From the NCBI GenBank assembly GCA_963726745.1, contig CAVSDR010000004.1, positions 256,001-320,000 of the forward strand: DNA of 64,000 nucleotides, read 5' to 3'. Source of the stretch: an uncultured Verrucomicrobiae bacterium. GTDB taxonomy: Bacteria; Verrucomicrobiota; Verrucomicrobiia; Chthoniobacterales; UBA10450. The position numbers and the translations under genes are program-made. Numbering within the stretch: position 1 is the first letter of the stretch; each line of letters opens with the position of its first letter. The notes under the pieces are model-generated. The model worked only from the letters and a program-made list of their open reading frames with translations. It was not told the DNA's origin and ran no database searches. This document shows, piece after piece, positions 31,786-46,265 of the stretch.

Positions 31786-34121
31786 GGCAGACGGTAAACC
31801 TCCAGGAGCGCAACGCCACTGCCGCCATCGGCGCCGTGCACCACGGCGGTGTAAGCGCCGGGAGTTGCTTCGAGCACGACCGCCGCCTCGCGCTCGTCCG
31901 CAGGCGCGAGCGCGGTCGCGAGAATGCTGGCTATTTCTCCGTCGCGCCAGTTGTCGTTTGCCGCCACCACCGAGCCGTAGGGATCGCGCAACTCCAGCGC
32001 CGGGTCGGCCAGCGGCGCGGAAATTCCCGCGCCCGCGAGCGACGGCCCCAGCGCGCGCACCAGCAACCGCGCGCTTCCGTTTCCGCGCACGATGAATCCG
32101 CCGATGAGAACCGCGTCGCCTTCACCGACAAACCCGCGCGCGCTCAGGTTTACGATCCGTGTCGCCGGGTCGCCATCGACGTCGAAAATCTCCAGCAAGC
32201 CGACGCCCTGCCCGCCACCCATGATCGCGGTGTAGGCACCGGGCGCGAGCACTTGCCGCAGGGCCGCCTCGCGCTCATCCGCCGGCGTGAGCGTGCCTAA
32301 CGAGTCCGGCGGGAGATCGCGCCAATCATCGTTTGCCGCGAAGACTGCGCCAGCCGCGTTGTGCAGCGCGATCGCAGGATTAGCCAGCACCTTGGCCAGG
32401 CCGGCCACGCTGAGCGACGGCCCCAGGCCGCGCACGATGATGCTCTTCGCCCCCTCGCCCGCGATGATGAAACCGCCAATCGCCCCCTGCTCGCCTTCCC
32501 CCACGCGCAAGCGCACGGAGATGTTCGCCAGCTCCGCGGTCGCCGCCGTCAGCGCCGCGAAAATAGGCAGCGCGATGGGCGCGAACCGGGTTACGCCATT
32601 CGGGTCGCGCGGGAATTTCGCATACGGCAGCCGCAGATCCTCGAAAGAGAATTGATCCGCGCGGACTGCTTCCGGCGCCGGGAAAAGCGCCGCCCCGGAG
32701 GCGCCCACGATATCGTCCTGGTCGACGCCGTCGCCGCTGATCCCGATCGCGCCGATGAGTTCGCCGTTGCGATAAAGCGGGAAGCCGCCAGGGAAAATCG
32801 TGATCCCGTTCGGGAACGTCGTGCTCGGCGGGAAGAACGGAGGAGTCGTTAGGCTGGCTGTGGGCACGAGCGCAGGCAGGGAGGCGCGGACGAAACCGGA
32901 AAGCTCTTCCTGCATCCCGAAGAACGGCCCCGGACCTTCCGGGTCGATCCCGGGCGGGTAGTGCAATTGCGCCAGAAACCCGACCGTGCGCGTGCTGTAA
33001 GCCGCGGGGTTGCGCGAGAAGCCAAGCGCGGTCCGCGCCTTTTGCACGGCGACGTCCCAGCTGAACATGGTCGCGTCGCCCGTGCGAAAAGTAGCCAGCA
33101 CTTTCGGCGGCACGCCAGGGATGCCTGGGTTGTTGACCACGCTGATGAAGGCTTCCATCCGCAGCCCGATGGGCAGCCGGATGGCCGCGCGCGTAGTCCG
33201 CACGCGGTCAGCCGCGGCCTCGATGATCGCGGCCACCTCGGCACTCGTTAGGCGCGGCTGGCCGTTGATCGTGCCCGGGAGCGGGTCGCCCATGATCGGC
33301 TGGCGGATTTGCCCGGTGACCCCGCCGAAGGTCGCGACCGGATAGGGAAAGGCGGGCGGCGACGCGAGCACCGGATAGCCGGCCGCGGCCTTGCCCGGCA
33401 CGCCCGCGCCGCTGGTCGCGCCGGTCGTGCTTTGCACATAAGGCAGCGAGATGCCGGCGATGAAAACATTGCTCGCGCGGATCGACTCCGGCGGCTCGAA
33501 ACCTTTTTGCCCTGCGAGCGCGATGTCTTCGTCTTTCGTGTAGCCGTCGATAAACGTGGTCGGCGGAAACTCCACGCCCGATCCGGTGACGCCGAGGCCG
33601 CCGACGAGCACGCCGTTTTTATAGAGCGGGACGCCGCCGGGGATGCCATTGAGCGAGGTGAGCGGAACGGCGGAGCCGAGCGTGCCGGGCGAGGCGCTGC
33701 CCGGCAGGAAGTCGGGCTTCTTGAAGCGGTTCACATCGGAGAACGGCAGGCTGGAAAAGCCGACGCCGACGAGCGGGCCGGGCGGCTGATTCCGCACCTG
33801 CGGAGGAAAATGCGGTTGGATGATGAAGCCCGCGGTGCGGCTGGTGAAGGCGTTCGAGTTGCTGCTTAAAAACGCAGCCGTGCCCGCTTTCCCGACCGCG
33901 CTGGCGATCTCGAGCGCGTCCGGCTCGCCGCCGCGCACGCTCCAGACGCCGAGGACGTAGCCTTCGCGATCGGTTACCGCGATCACGCTCTGCGGCGCGA
34001 GCTGGCCCGCGCGCCGTGCGGCTTGATCGATCGCGCGCTGCACGTCGCCCGTGGTCAGCTGCGCCCGCACCGGGCCCACGCCGAGGAGGCACGCGAAAAA
34101 AACCAGAAACCATGGCCGCAT
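31782..34121 (-). CDS. Secreted protein with two GlcG/HbpS-like (DUF336) haem-binding domains plus a tandem 'NLSTR'-type C-terminal domain
   Basis: 'VIAVTDREG..KAGTAAF..GGVPLYKNGVLVGGLGVTG' and 'KARTA..GGFPLYRNGELIGAIGISGDGVDQDD'; C-terminal 'LANISVR..GGFII' and 'VNLSARG..IGGFIV'. Confidence 0.8.
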   Translation of the reverse strand: MRPWFLVFFACLLGVGPVRAQLTTGDVQRAIDQAARRAGQLAPQSVIAVTDREGYVLGVWSVRGGEPDALEIASAVGKAGTAAFLSSNSNAFTSRTAGFIIQPHFPPQVRNQPPGPLVGVGFSSLPFSDVNRFKKPDFLPGSASPGTLGSAVPLTSLNGIPGGVPLYKNGVLVGGLGVTGSGVEFPPTTFIDGYTKDEDIALAGQKGFEPPESIRASNVFIAGISLPYVQSTTGATSGAGVPGKAAAGYPVLASPPAFPYPVATFGGVTGQIRQPIMGDPLPGTINGQPRLTSAEVAAIIEAAADRVRTTRAAIRLPIGLRMEAFISVVNNPGIPGVPPKVLATFRTGDATMFSWDVAVQKARTALGFSRNPAAYSTRTVGFLAQLHYPPGIDPEGPGPFFGMQEELSGFVRASLPALVPTASLTTPPFFPPSTTFPNGITIFPGGFPLYRNGELIGAIGISGDGVDQDDIVGASGAALFPAPEAVRADQFSFEDLRLPYAKFPRDPNGVTRFAPIALPIFAALTAATAELANISVRLRVGEGEQGAIGGFIIAGEGAKSIIVRGLGPSLSVAGLAKVLANPAIALHNAAGAVFAANDDWRDLPPDSLGTLTPADEREAALRQVLAPGAYTAIMGGGQGVGLLEIFDVDGDPATRIVNLSARGFVGEGDAVLIGGFIVRGNGSARLLVRALGPSLAGAGISAPLADPALELRDPYGSVVAANDNWRDGEIASILATALAPADEREAAVVLEATPGAYTAVVHGADGGSGVALLEVYRLP

Positions 34122-34210
34122 CTCCTGCTTTTTAAACGCGGGGCCGCGTCGACACCAGTCCGCGATGAGCTTGCAGATCGCGCCGCGCCTCGCGCATTCT
34201 CCCCGCCGGA

Positions 34211-36211
34211 ATGCGACGCCTCATCCTGCTGGCTATTTTCCTCGCCGGAGCCGCGCTCGCCTTCGCGCAGGACGAGCGCCCGCGCATCGCCTGGATGACC
34301 TCGGAGGAAAACGTCGAGCCGCTCGAGCCGCCCCTGCCGCCTAACGAGTTCAATCCCGATCCCGGCGGCCGCGAACCGGCCGAGCCGGTGCCGCCGCCCG
34401 ATCTCTTCCCGCCGATCCTCCCCCAGCTCCCCGATTACGGGACCGAGGACGTGCCGCGCTCGCTCGAGTTGCCGCGCCGCGGCGTGCGCGAAGTGGTGCC
34501 GCGCCGGCGGAAGCTGGAATACCCGGAGTATCCGGAGCCGGCCGATGGCCGTGGCCTGCCGCCGGGCGCGCAGGCGGTGCCGAACCGCTGGTTCATCGGC
34601 TTCGGCCGCTGGCAACGCTACGCCGATCCGACCGCGGAGACGCCTTACCAAGGCGGCCCGCTGCACCTGTGGCATCCCTACTTGCAGAGCCTGCTCAAGG
34701 GCGACGCGCCGGTGATCGGGCAGGATATTTTCCTCAACCTCACCGTGAGCGATTTCGCGCAATTCGAGGCGCGGCGGCTGCCGGTCCCGAGCGGGGTGAG
34801 CACAGTGCGGCCGAACAGCTCCGAGTTCTTCGGGCGGAGCGAACAGCTTTTTGCCTCCAACGATTTCCAGATCGGCATCGATCTTTTCCGCGGCGAGACC
34901 GCTTTCAAGCCGGTCGAGTGGGCCGTGCGCTTTCTCGGCGTCTACAACACGAACTATCTCGCGGTGCAGGAAGCGAACGTGCTCGATCCCGATCCGCGCG
35001 GGCCGGAGCGGCAGCGAACGGTGCGGCAGAAAGATTTCTTCGCGCTCCAGGAAGCGTTCGTCGAGCTGCACCTGCGCGACCTCTCGCAGAACTACGACTT
35101 CATCTCCTCGCGCCTGGGGATTCAGCCGTTCGTGAGCGATTTCCGAGGCTTTATCTTCAACGATTCCAACCTGGGCGTGCGCGTCTTCGGGAACTACGAC
35201 AACAATCGGCTGCAATATAACCTGGCCGCCTTCGACATGCGCGAGAAGGACACCTACTCGGACCTGAATGAGTTCGGCTCGCGCGAGCAGGTCGTGCTCG
35301 TGGCCAACATTTACCGGCAGGATTTCTTCGTGAAGGGCTACACCGCGCAGTTGAGTTTTCACGCCAACTTCGACCAGGCCAGCCGGCATTATGACGAGAA
35401 CGGTTTCCTCGTTAGACCGGCGCTCCTGGGCGACGTGCGCGATCACTATCTGCAGGCCTACTACCTCGGCTGGAGCGGCGACGGGCACATCGGCCGGCTG
35501 AACATTTCGCACGCGGCCTACCAGGTTTTCGGCGAGGACAGCCATAACGGGATCGCCGGGCGGCGGGTGGACATCTTCGCGCAGATGGCCGCGCTCGAGC
35601 TCTCGATCGACCAGGACTGGCTGCGCCATAAGCTCTCCTTCTTCTACGCCAGCGGCGACGACGATCCGAAGAACGGCCAGGCCTCCGGCTTCGATACCAT
35701 CCTCGACCGGCCGTTCTTCGTCGGCGGCCCGTTTAGCTACTACGTGCACCAGGGCTTCAACCTCGCCGGCACGGCGGTGAACTTTAAGCAGCGCGACAGC
35801 CTGGTGATCGATTTCCGCAGCAGCAAGACCGAGGGACAGGCGAACTTCGTCAATCCCGGCGCGGTCATCCTCGGTTACGGCGCCGACGCGGAGATCACGC
35901 CGAAGCTGCGCGCTTTCCTGAACGTGAACTACATCTGGATGGTCACGACCGAGCCCGTGCGGCAGGTGCTCTTCACGAACAACGCCAGCCACGAAGTCGG
36001 GCTCGATTGCTCGTTAGGCGTCCAATGGCGCCCGTTGCTCACGGACAACATCGTCGTCTCCGCCGGCGCCGGCTTCCTCGTCCCGGGCGCAGGCTACGAG
36101 GACATCTACCGCGCCAACACGCGCCCCGTGCCCGGCTTTCGGCAGGAGCACGTGGGAAAGGTGGACGACTTCTTGTTCAGCGGGATTCTGACGGTAACGC
36201 TGGTTTACTGA
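34211..36211 (+). CDS. Putative outer-membrane beta-barrel (porin-like) protein
   Basis: Signal peptide, Pro-rich N-region, many alternating aromatic strands, 'YASGDDDP', C-terminal 'LTVTLVY'; its TGA overlaps the next ATG. Confidence 0.72.
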   Translation: MRRLILLAIFLAGAALAFAQDERPRIAWMTSEENVEPLEPPLPPNEFNPDPGGREPAEPVPPPDLFPPILPQLPDYGTEDVPRSLELPRRGVREVVPRRRKLEYPEYPEPADGRGLPPGAQAVPNRWFIGFGRWQRYADPTAETPYQGGPLHLWHPYLQSLLKGDAPVIGQDIFLNLTVSDFAQFEARRLPVPSGVSTVRPNSSEFFGRSEQLFASNDFQIGIDLFRGETAFKPVEWAVRFLGVYNTNYLAVQEANVLDPDPRGPERQRTVRQKDFFALQEAFVELHLRDLSQNYDFISSRLGIQPFVSDFRGFIFNDSNLGVRVFGNYDNNRLQYNLAAFDMREKDTYSDLNEFGSREQVVLVANIYRQDFFVKGYTAQLSFHANFDQASRHYDENGFLVRPALLGDVRDHYLQAYYLGWSGDGHIGRLNISHAAYQVFGEDSHNGIAGRRVDIFAQMAALELSIDQDWLRHKLSFFYASGDDDPKNGQASGFDTILDRPFFVGGPFSYYVHQGFNLAGTAVNFKQRDSLVIDFRSSKTEGQANFVNPGAVILGYGADAEITPKLRAFLNVNYIWMVTTEPVRQVLFTNNASHEVGLDCSLGVQWRPLLTDNIVVSAGAGFLVPGAGYEDIYRANTRPVPGFRQEHVGKVDDFLFSGILTVTLVY

Positions 36212-39200
36212 TGAAGAAGCGGCTGGCTACTAATTCGCTTCGTCACGGGCATCCGAAGCGCGGCGGGAGACTTTGGATCACGGCAGCTTCCCTGCTCCTA
36301 GCGACCGCCACCGTCGCCAGCGCCCAGGATCTCCCGCCGACCTCCGTTTCGCCAGATGCCGACGTGACCCACCCGGCGCCGGCTCCGCGCCGCAACTGGA
36401 TCGACCAGACCCAAGCCCAAGCCGACGGCAAAAGCAGCGGCTGCCTCCAATGCCACGCGGGCGTGGAGCCGATGCACGCCTCGCCCGCGGTTGTGCTCGG
36501 CTGCGTCGATTGCCATGGCGGCAATCCCGCGCGTGGCCTGGCGAAAGAGCAGGCGCATGTCCTCCCGAAGAACGCCGAGTTTTGGAAGTCGTCGGCTAAT
36601 CCGCCGAACTCGCACGCCTGGTTGAACCACGAATCGCCCGAGTTCATCCGTTTCATCAATCCCGGCGACCTGCGTGTCGCCGACAAATCCTGCGGCCTGT
36701 GCCACGGCGAGATCATCCGCAACGTCCATCACAGCATGATGCGCCACGGCGCGATGCTTTGGGGCGCAGCGCTCTATAACAACGGCGGCTACAACCAAAA
36801 GAATTACCGCTTTGGCCAAGCCTACGGCGCGAGCGGGGTGCCGCTGCGCCTCGAGAGTTACGAGCCGGTCACGGCCAACGAAACGAGGACGCGCGGGCTG
36901 CTGCCGTTCCTCGATCCGCTCCCGCGCTTCAACCTGAGCAATCCCGGGAACATCCTGCGCATCTTCGAGAAGGGCGGCGAGAAGCCGCTCTCGTTAGGCA
37001 ACCCGACGATCAACGAGCCGCCCGGCCGGCCGGCGCGCCGCCTTTCCGAGCGCGGCCTCGGCACCTCGAACCGCACCGACCCGGTCTTCCTCGGCCTGCA
37101 GAAAACGCGGCTGCACGATCCGTTGCTCGACTTCCTCGGCTCGAACGATCACCCCGGCGATTACCGCTCGAGCGGCTGCTCCGCCTGCCACGTGGTCTAC
37201 GCGAACGATCGCTCACCGAGCAACTCCGGCTGGTGGAGCAAATATGGGCACCAAGGGCTGAGCTTCACCGCGGACAAAACGATCCCGAAGAACGAGCCGG
37301 GACACCCGGTGCTGCACCAATTCACCCGCTCGATCCCCTCGAGCCAGTGCATGAACTGCCACATGCACCAGGGCAACCTCTTCGTGAACCCGTTCCTCGG
37401 TTACACCTGGTGGGACCAGGAAACAGACGGCGAGTTCATGTATCCAAAGGAACAGCGGGACCCGACCGACGCAGAGCTCGCGCAGGCGGTGCAGAAGAAT
37501 CCCGAGGCCGCAGCGGCGCGCGGACTTTGGGGCGACCCGGATTTCGTGGCGAAAGTCGCGGAGTTAAATCCGCAACTGAAGCACACGCAATTTGCCGATT
37601 ACCATGGGCACGGCTGGGTCTTTCGCGCGGTCTTCAAGAAGGACCGGAAGGGCAACCTGCGGGATTTAGCCGACAACTTGATCGCGCACGACGACCCGGA
37701 AAAGTTCAAGAAGGCGGTGCACTTGAAGGATGTCCACCTCGCGAAAGGGATGCAGTGCGTCGACTGCCATTTCGACCTCGACGTGCACGGCAACGGCAAC
37801 CTCTACGGCGAGGCGCGCAACGCCACCAGCATCACCTGCGTGGATTGCCACGGGACGATCCGGCAACGGCCCACGCTGGTCACGAGCGGCAACGCGGGCG
37901 CGATCGACCTCGCCCAAACCAGCAACACGCCCTTCGGTCCGCGCTTCCGCTGGGAGGGGACGCGGCTCTGGCAGCAATCGACCATGTCGCCGGATGTCCG
38001 CTGGGAAATCCCGCAAACGATCGACACGGTTGATCCGCTCTCGGCGCACTACAACGCGAAGTCGGCCTATGCCAAGACGCTCCAGCGCGACGGCCAAAGC
38101 TGGGGCGGCAGCCGCGCGCGCGATGCGAACGGCGGCCCGCACCTGGCGCACGACAACGAGAAGATGGATTGCCAGATCTGCCACACCTCCTGGGCGACCA
38201 GTTGTTTTGGCTGCCACCTGCCGATGAAGGCAAACGTGCGCGCGGCGCAGAACAAGTTCGAAGGCGTGACCGACCGCAACTTCACCACCTACAACCCGCA
38301 GGTGGTGCGCGACGACGTCTTCATGCTCGGGATCGATGGGACGGTGAAGGGCAACCGGATGGCGGTGATCCGTTCCTCCAGCGCGGTCGTGGTCAGCTCG
38401 CAAAACGCCAACCGCGAGTGGGTCTACTCACAGGCGCAGACGATCTCGGCCGAGGGCTACAGCGGGCAGGCGTTCAACCCGCACTTCGCGCATACCACCA
38501 GCGGCGTCGGGACAACCAAAGGCTGCACCGATTGCCACCTCTCACAGGCGAACGACAACAACGCCTGGATGACGCAGCTCCTCGGGTTCGGCACCGGGCT
38601 GATGAACTTCTTCGGCCGCTACGCCTACGTCGGCGAAGGACCGGATGGCTTCCACGCGGTCGCCTGGACGGAAGCGGAGGAGCCGCAGGCGGCGCTCGGC
38701 AGCCACCTTCATCGTCTCGCCTACCCGGCCAATTTTAAGCAGCACCTTGAGCGCGGCGGAAGACTGGAAGAGGCGCACGAACATTCCGGGAAAAACATCC
38801 AGGACCTCGTGCTCCGCGGCGAATACCTCTACACCGCAAACGGGCCCGGCGGGCTGGAGGTGTTCGACGTGGCGAACATCGACCAGAAAGGTTTCTCCGA
38901 GCGGATCGTGACCTCGCCGGTTTCGCCGCTCGGGCAACGGACTTACGTGCCCACGAAGTTCGCCACCAGCGTGGCGCTGCCGGCGACCGTGGCGCTCGAT
39001 CCCGCGCGGGTCCGCCGGCCCGAAAACGAAGAGCAACCGATCGACCCATTCTACGGCTACGTCTTTGTCTCCGATCTCGAGGAAGGCCTGGTGATCGTGA
39101 ACGTGGCGTCGCTGGTCGATGGCGATCCGAACAATAATTTCCTGAAGAAGGATGCGGTCTTCAATCCCGACGGCCTTCTCGCGCGGCGCCAGCTTCGTGG

Positions 39201-40039
39201 CCGCGGCCGGCCATCGTCTTTACCTGACCACGCCGCGCGGACTCTTCGTGGTCAACGTGGCCGACCCGCTCCATCCGCGCCTGGAGGGAAGCCTCACGAA
39301 CGGTTTCCTGCGCAATCCACGCTGCGTTTCCATCCAGTTCCGCTACGCCTTCGTGACCGACGACGAAGGCCTGAAAGTGCTGGATATTTCCGAACCGGCG
39401 CGACCGGTGCCGGTGCGTGGCGGCGTGGTGCGCTTGAAGCAAGCCGGCCGGCTCTACGTCGCGCGCACGTATGCCTACGTGGCCAATGGCGCGGAGGGCC
39501 TTGCGATTGTCGACGTCGAGAACCCGGAGCAACCGCGGCTGGAGCAGATGTTCAATGCCGGCGGCGCGCTTAATGACACGCGCGCGGTGCAGGTAGGCGC
39601 AGTGAGCGCGTCGATGTTCGCGCTGGTCGCCGATGGGAAGAACGGCCTGCGGGTGGTGCAGTTGATCTCGCCGGATACGGTCCCGGGCGCGCAAGGTTTC
39701 AGTCCGCGCCCGAACCCCAAGTTGATCGCCACCTTTCCCACGCACGGCGAAGCGATCGCCGTCTCGCGCGGGCTCGATCGCGACCGGGTGGTCGACGAGA
39801 CCGGCGGGCAGACGGTGGTCTTCGGCCGGCGCGGCGCGCGGCCTTTCCATCTCAGCGAGCTCTCGCGTTTTTTCCGCAAGAGCGATGGGAGCGGCGCACT
39901 TTTCCGGGTGGAAGACGTCGAGGCGCGCGAGGGAAAACTACGCACGCGCAGCGGTGTTTTGCTCGCCCCCCTGCCGACTCCCACGCCCTCACCCACTCCG
40001 CCGCCAGTGGAGCCGACGCCTTTGCCGGATTTGCGGTAG
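36211..40039 (+). CDS. Large decahaem c-type cytochrome with C-terminal LVIVD beta-propeller repeats; frameshift at ~39180
   Basis: Signal peptide; ten CxxCH motifs (CLQCH, CVDCH, CGLCH, CSACH, CMNCH, CVDCH, CVDCH, CQICH, CFGCH, CTDCH); repeats such as 'YAYVANGAEGLAIVDVENPEQP'. Confidence 0.85.
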
Positions 40040-40075
40040 GCGTAAAGGGCGGGGCGCGCCCGAATCCATTGCGAG

Positions 40076-41210
40076 ATGGAACCGACTCCTGCCGACGAAG
40101 CACCGCCAGCCGCCGCATCCGAGGAGATGATCGCCGTGCCGCGGAGGCGCATGCCGGACCTGCTCCAGCGGCCCTTCGACATCCGGTCGTTCGCGCTCAG
40201 CGGGCTGTTTATTCTCGCGCTCTTTTACACCTTCTACTTCACCCGCGCGCTGCTCCTCCCGATCGTGCTCGCCTTGCTCCTGAGTTTCTCTGCTCGCGCC
40301 TTTCGTACGCGGCCTGGCCAAGGTGCGCATCCCGGCGCCGGTCAGCGCAGTAGTGCTCCTGGTCGCGATTATCGGCACGCTCGGCTACGGGGTTTCCTTC
40401 CTTGCGGCGCCCGCGGCTGGCTGGCTGGAGAATGCGCCCTACGGGATGCAGCAACTGCAGCAGCGCCTGGTGCCGTTGCGCAAACCGATGGAGAAAGTCG
40501 CCCAGGCCAGCGGGGAGATCGAAAACCTGACTGCGCCCACAGCCAAGCAGCCGGTCCCGACGGTGGAGGTGAAACAGCATCACATGAGCGAGATGATCCT
40601 CGGCCGGACGCCGGAGTTTATCGCCAGTGTGGTCTTGCTCCTGATCCTGCTCTACTTCCTCCTGGCTTACGACGGCGTCTTTCTCGGCAAGGTGATCAAA
40701 ATGATGCCGCGCCTGAAGGACAAGAAGCGCGCGGTCTCGATCGCGCATGACATCGAGCGCCACGTCTCGCGCTATCTGCTCACGGTCACCTTGATTAACG
40801 TCTCGTTAGGAGCGGCGGTCGGCTTGAGCGTGGGCCTGCTGGGTTTGAAGAACCCGGTGATGTGGGGAGTGCTCGTGGCGGTGTTAAACTTCGTGCCCTA
40901 CCTCGGCCCGCTCGTGGGCATTGCTTGCATGACCATTGGCGCGGTCCTGAGTTATCCCAGCCTCGGCTACGCCATGATCTTTCCCGGGATTTACCTCGCG
41001 ATTGCCACGATCGAGGGGAACTTCATCACCCCAATGGTCATGGGCCGGTCGCTGACGCTCAATCCCGTGCTCATCCTGCTCTCGATCACCTTCTGGGGGT
41101 GGCTCTGGGGAATCGTCGGGATCATCGTCGCGGTGCCGATCCTGGCCTCGTTTAAGATCTTCTGTGAGCACATCGAACCGATGGAGCCGATCGCGGAATT
41201 TCTCAGTTGA
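40076..41210 (+). CDS. AI-2E family transporter; frameshift at ~40290
   Basis: 'LLYFLL', 'NFVPYLGP', 'EGNFITP', 'FWGWLWGIVG...AVP'. Confidence 0.85.
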
Positions 41211-41254
41211 GCTCGTGGCCTTGCCTGCGGCAGGCAATTTGCTGAAGGTGAAGC

Positions 41255-41488
41255 ATGGCCGATAGAAACAGCAAACAGCCCGAAAATGTCCCGGGGCCCT
41301 GGTATGTCGATACCACTTGCTCGCCTTGCCGTGTCTGCCTGGACGAGGCGCCGACTCTCCTGAAGTACAACGACGACGAGACCTACGTTTACTTCCACAA
41401 GCAGCCCGAAGGCGATGAAGAGACCCAGGCGGCCCAACGCGCGCTCGAAGTTTGCCCCACGCTCGCGATCGGGAACGATGGGGAATAA
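41255..41488 (+). CDS. Ferredoxin (single 4Fe-4S/3Fe-4S cluster type)
   Basis: 'CSPCRVC...CPTLAIG'. Confidence 0.85.
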   Translation: MADRNSKQPENVPGPWYVDTTCSPCRVCLDEAPTLLKYNDDETYVYFHKQPEGDEETQAAQRALEVCPTLAIGNDGE

Positions 41489-41495
41489 CCGGCAG

Positions 41496-42032
41496 CTACC
41501 TGGCGGTCAAGACGTGCTCCGCATAGCGCGCCAGGAGCCAGCAGAGATCGGAAAGCCGATTCAGGTAGCGGAGGACTTCCCCGTTCGTCATCTCGCCGCC
41601 TAACGAGGCCACGCGCCGCTCGGCCCGCCGGCAGGTGGTGCGGCAGACGTCGAGGGTCGCGGAAACCATGGTGTTTCCGGGAATGGCCCAGCCCTTGTAA
41701 TGGAGCAGCTTGTCCTTCTCCAAGTCGTCGACTAATTCCGTGAGCCGGTCGACCATCGCCGTGGTCGTTAGGGAATAGCCATCGCCTTGGTAGCGGGCGA
41801 GGTCCTCGGGCGCGGTCGCGAGCTCGCCCATGACCGTGATCAGTTCCTTTTGGATCGCGAGCAGCGTCTCGGCGATGAAGCCGACACCAGCGGTGACGCG
41901 CGCTACGCCGAGCGCAGCATTGAGTTCATCTACCGAACCGTAAGCCTCGACCCGCGGGTGGCTCTTCGGCACCCGGCGGCCATACATCAACGCGGTCTCG
42001 CCGGCGTCGCCGGTCTTGGTGGCAATAGACAT
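41496..42032 (-). CDS. pduO: PduO-type cob(I)alamin adenosyltransferase
   Basis: 'TKTGDAGET', 'YGSVDELN', 'RRAERR', 'YLNRLSD'. Confidence 0.9.
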   Translation of the reverse strand: MSIATKTGDAGETALMYGRRVPKSHPRVEAYGSVDELNAALGVARVTAGVGFIAETLLAIQKELITVMGELATAPEDLARYQGDGYSLTTTAMVDRLTELVDDLEKDKLLHYKGWAIPGNTMVSATLDVCRTTCRRAERRVASLGGEMTNGEVLRYLNRLSDLCWLLARYAEHVLTAR

Positions 42033-42045
42033 CAATCTCTCCCGG

Positions 42046-42089
42046 AGAAAACACGAACGCCGGACTTCCTTGCGGGAGCCCGGCGTTCG
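42046..42089 (-). terminator. Intrinsic terminator after rpoC
   Basis: CGAACGCCGG...CCGGCGTTCG stem followed by TGTTTT on the minus strand. Confidence 0.75.
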
Positions 42090-42116
42090 GTTGTTACAAG
42101 TCTTCTAAGCCTCTCG

Positions 42117-46241
<4,125 letters not shown>

Positions 46242-46265
46242 TTAGATAATCTTTCGTTCCGAAAC

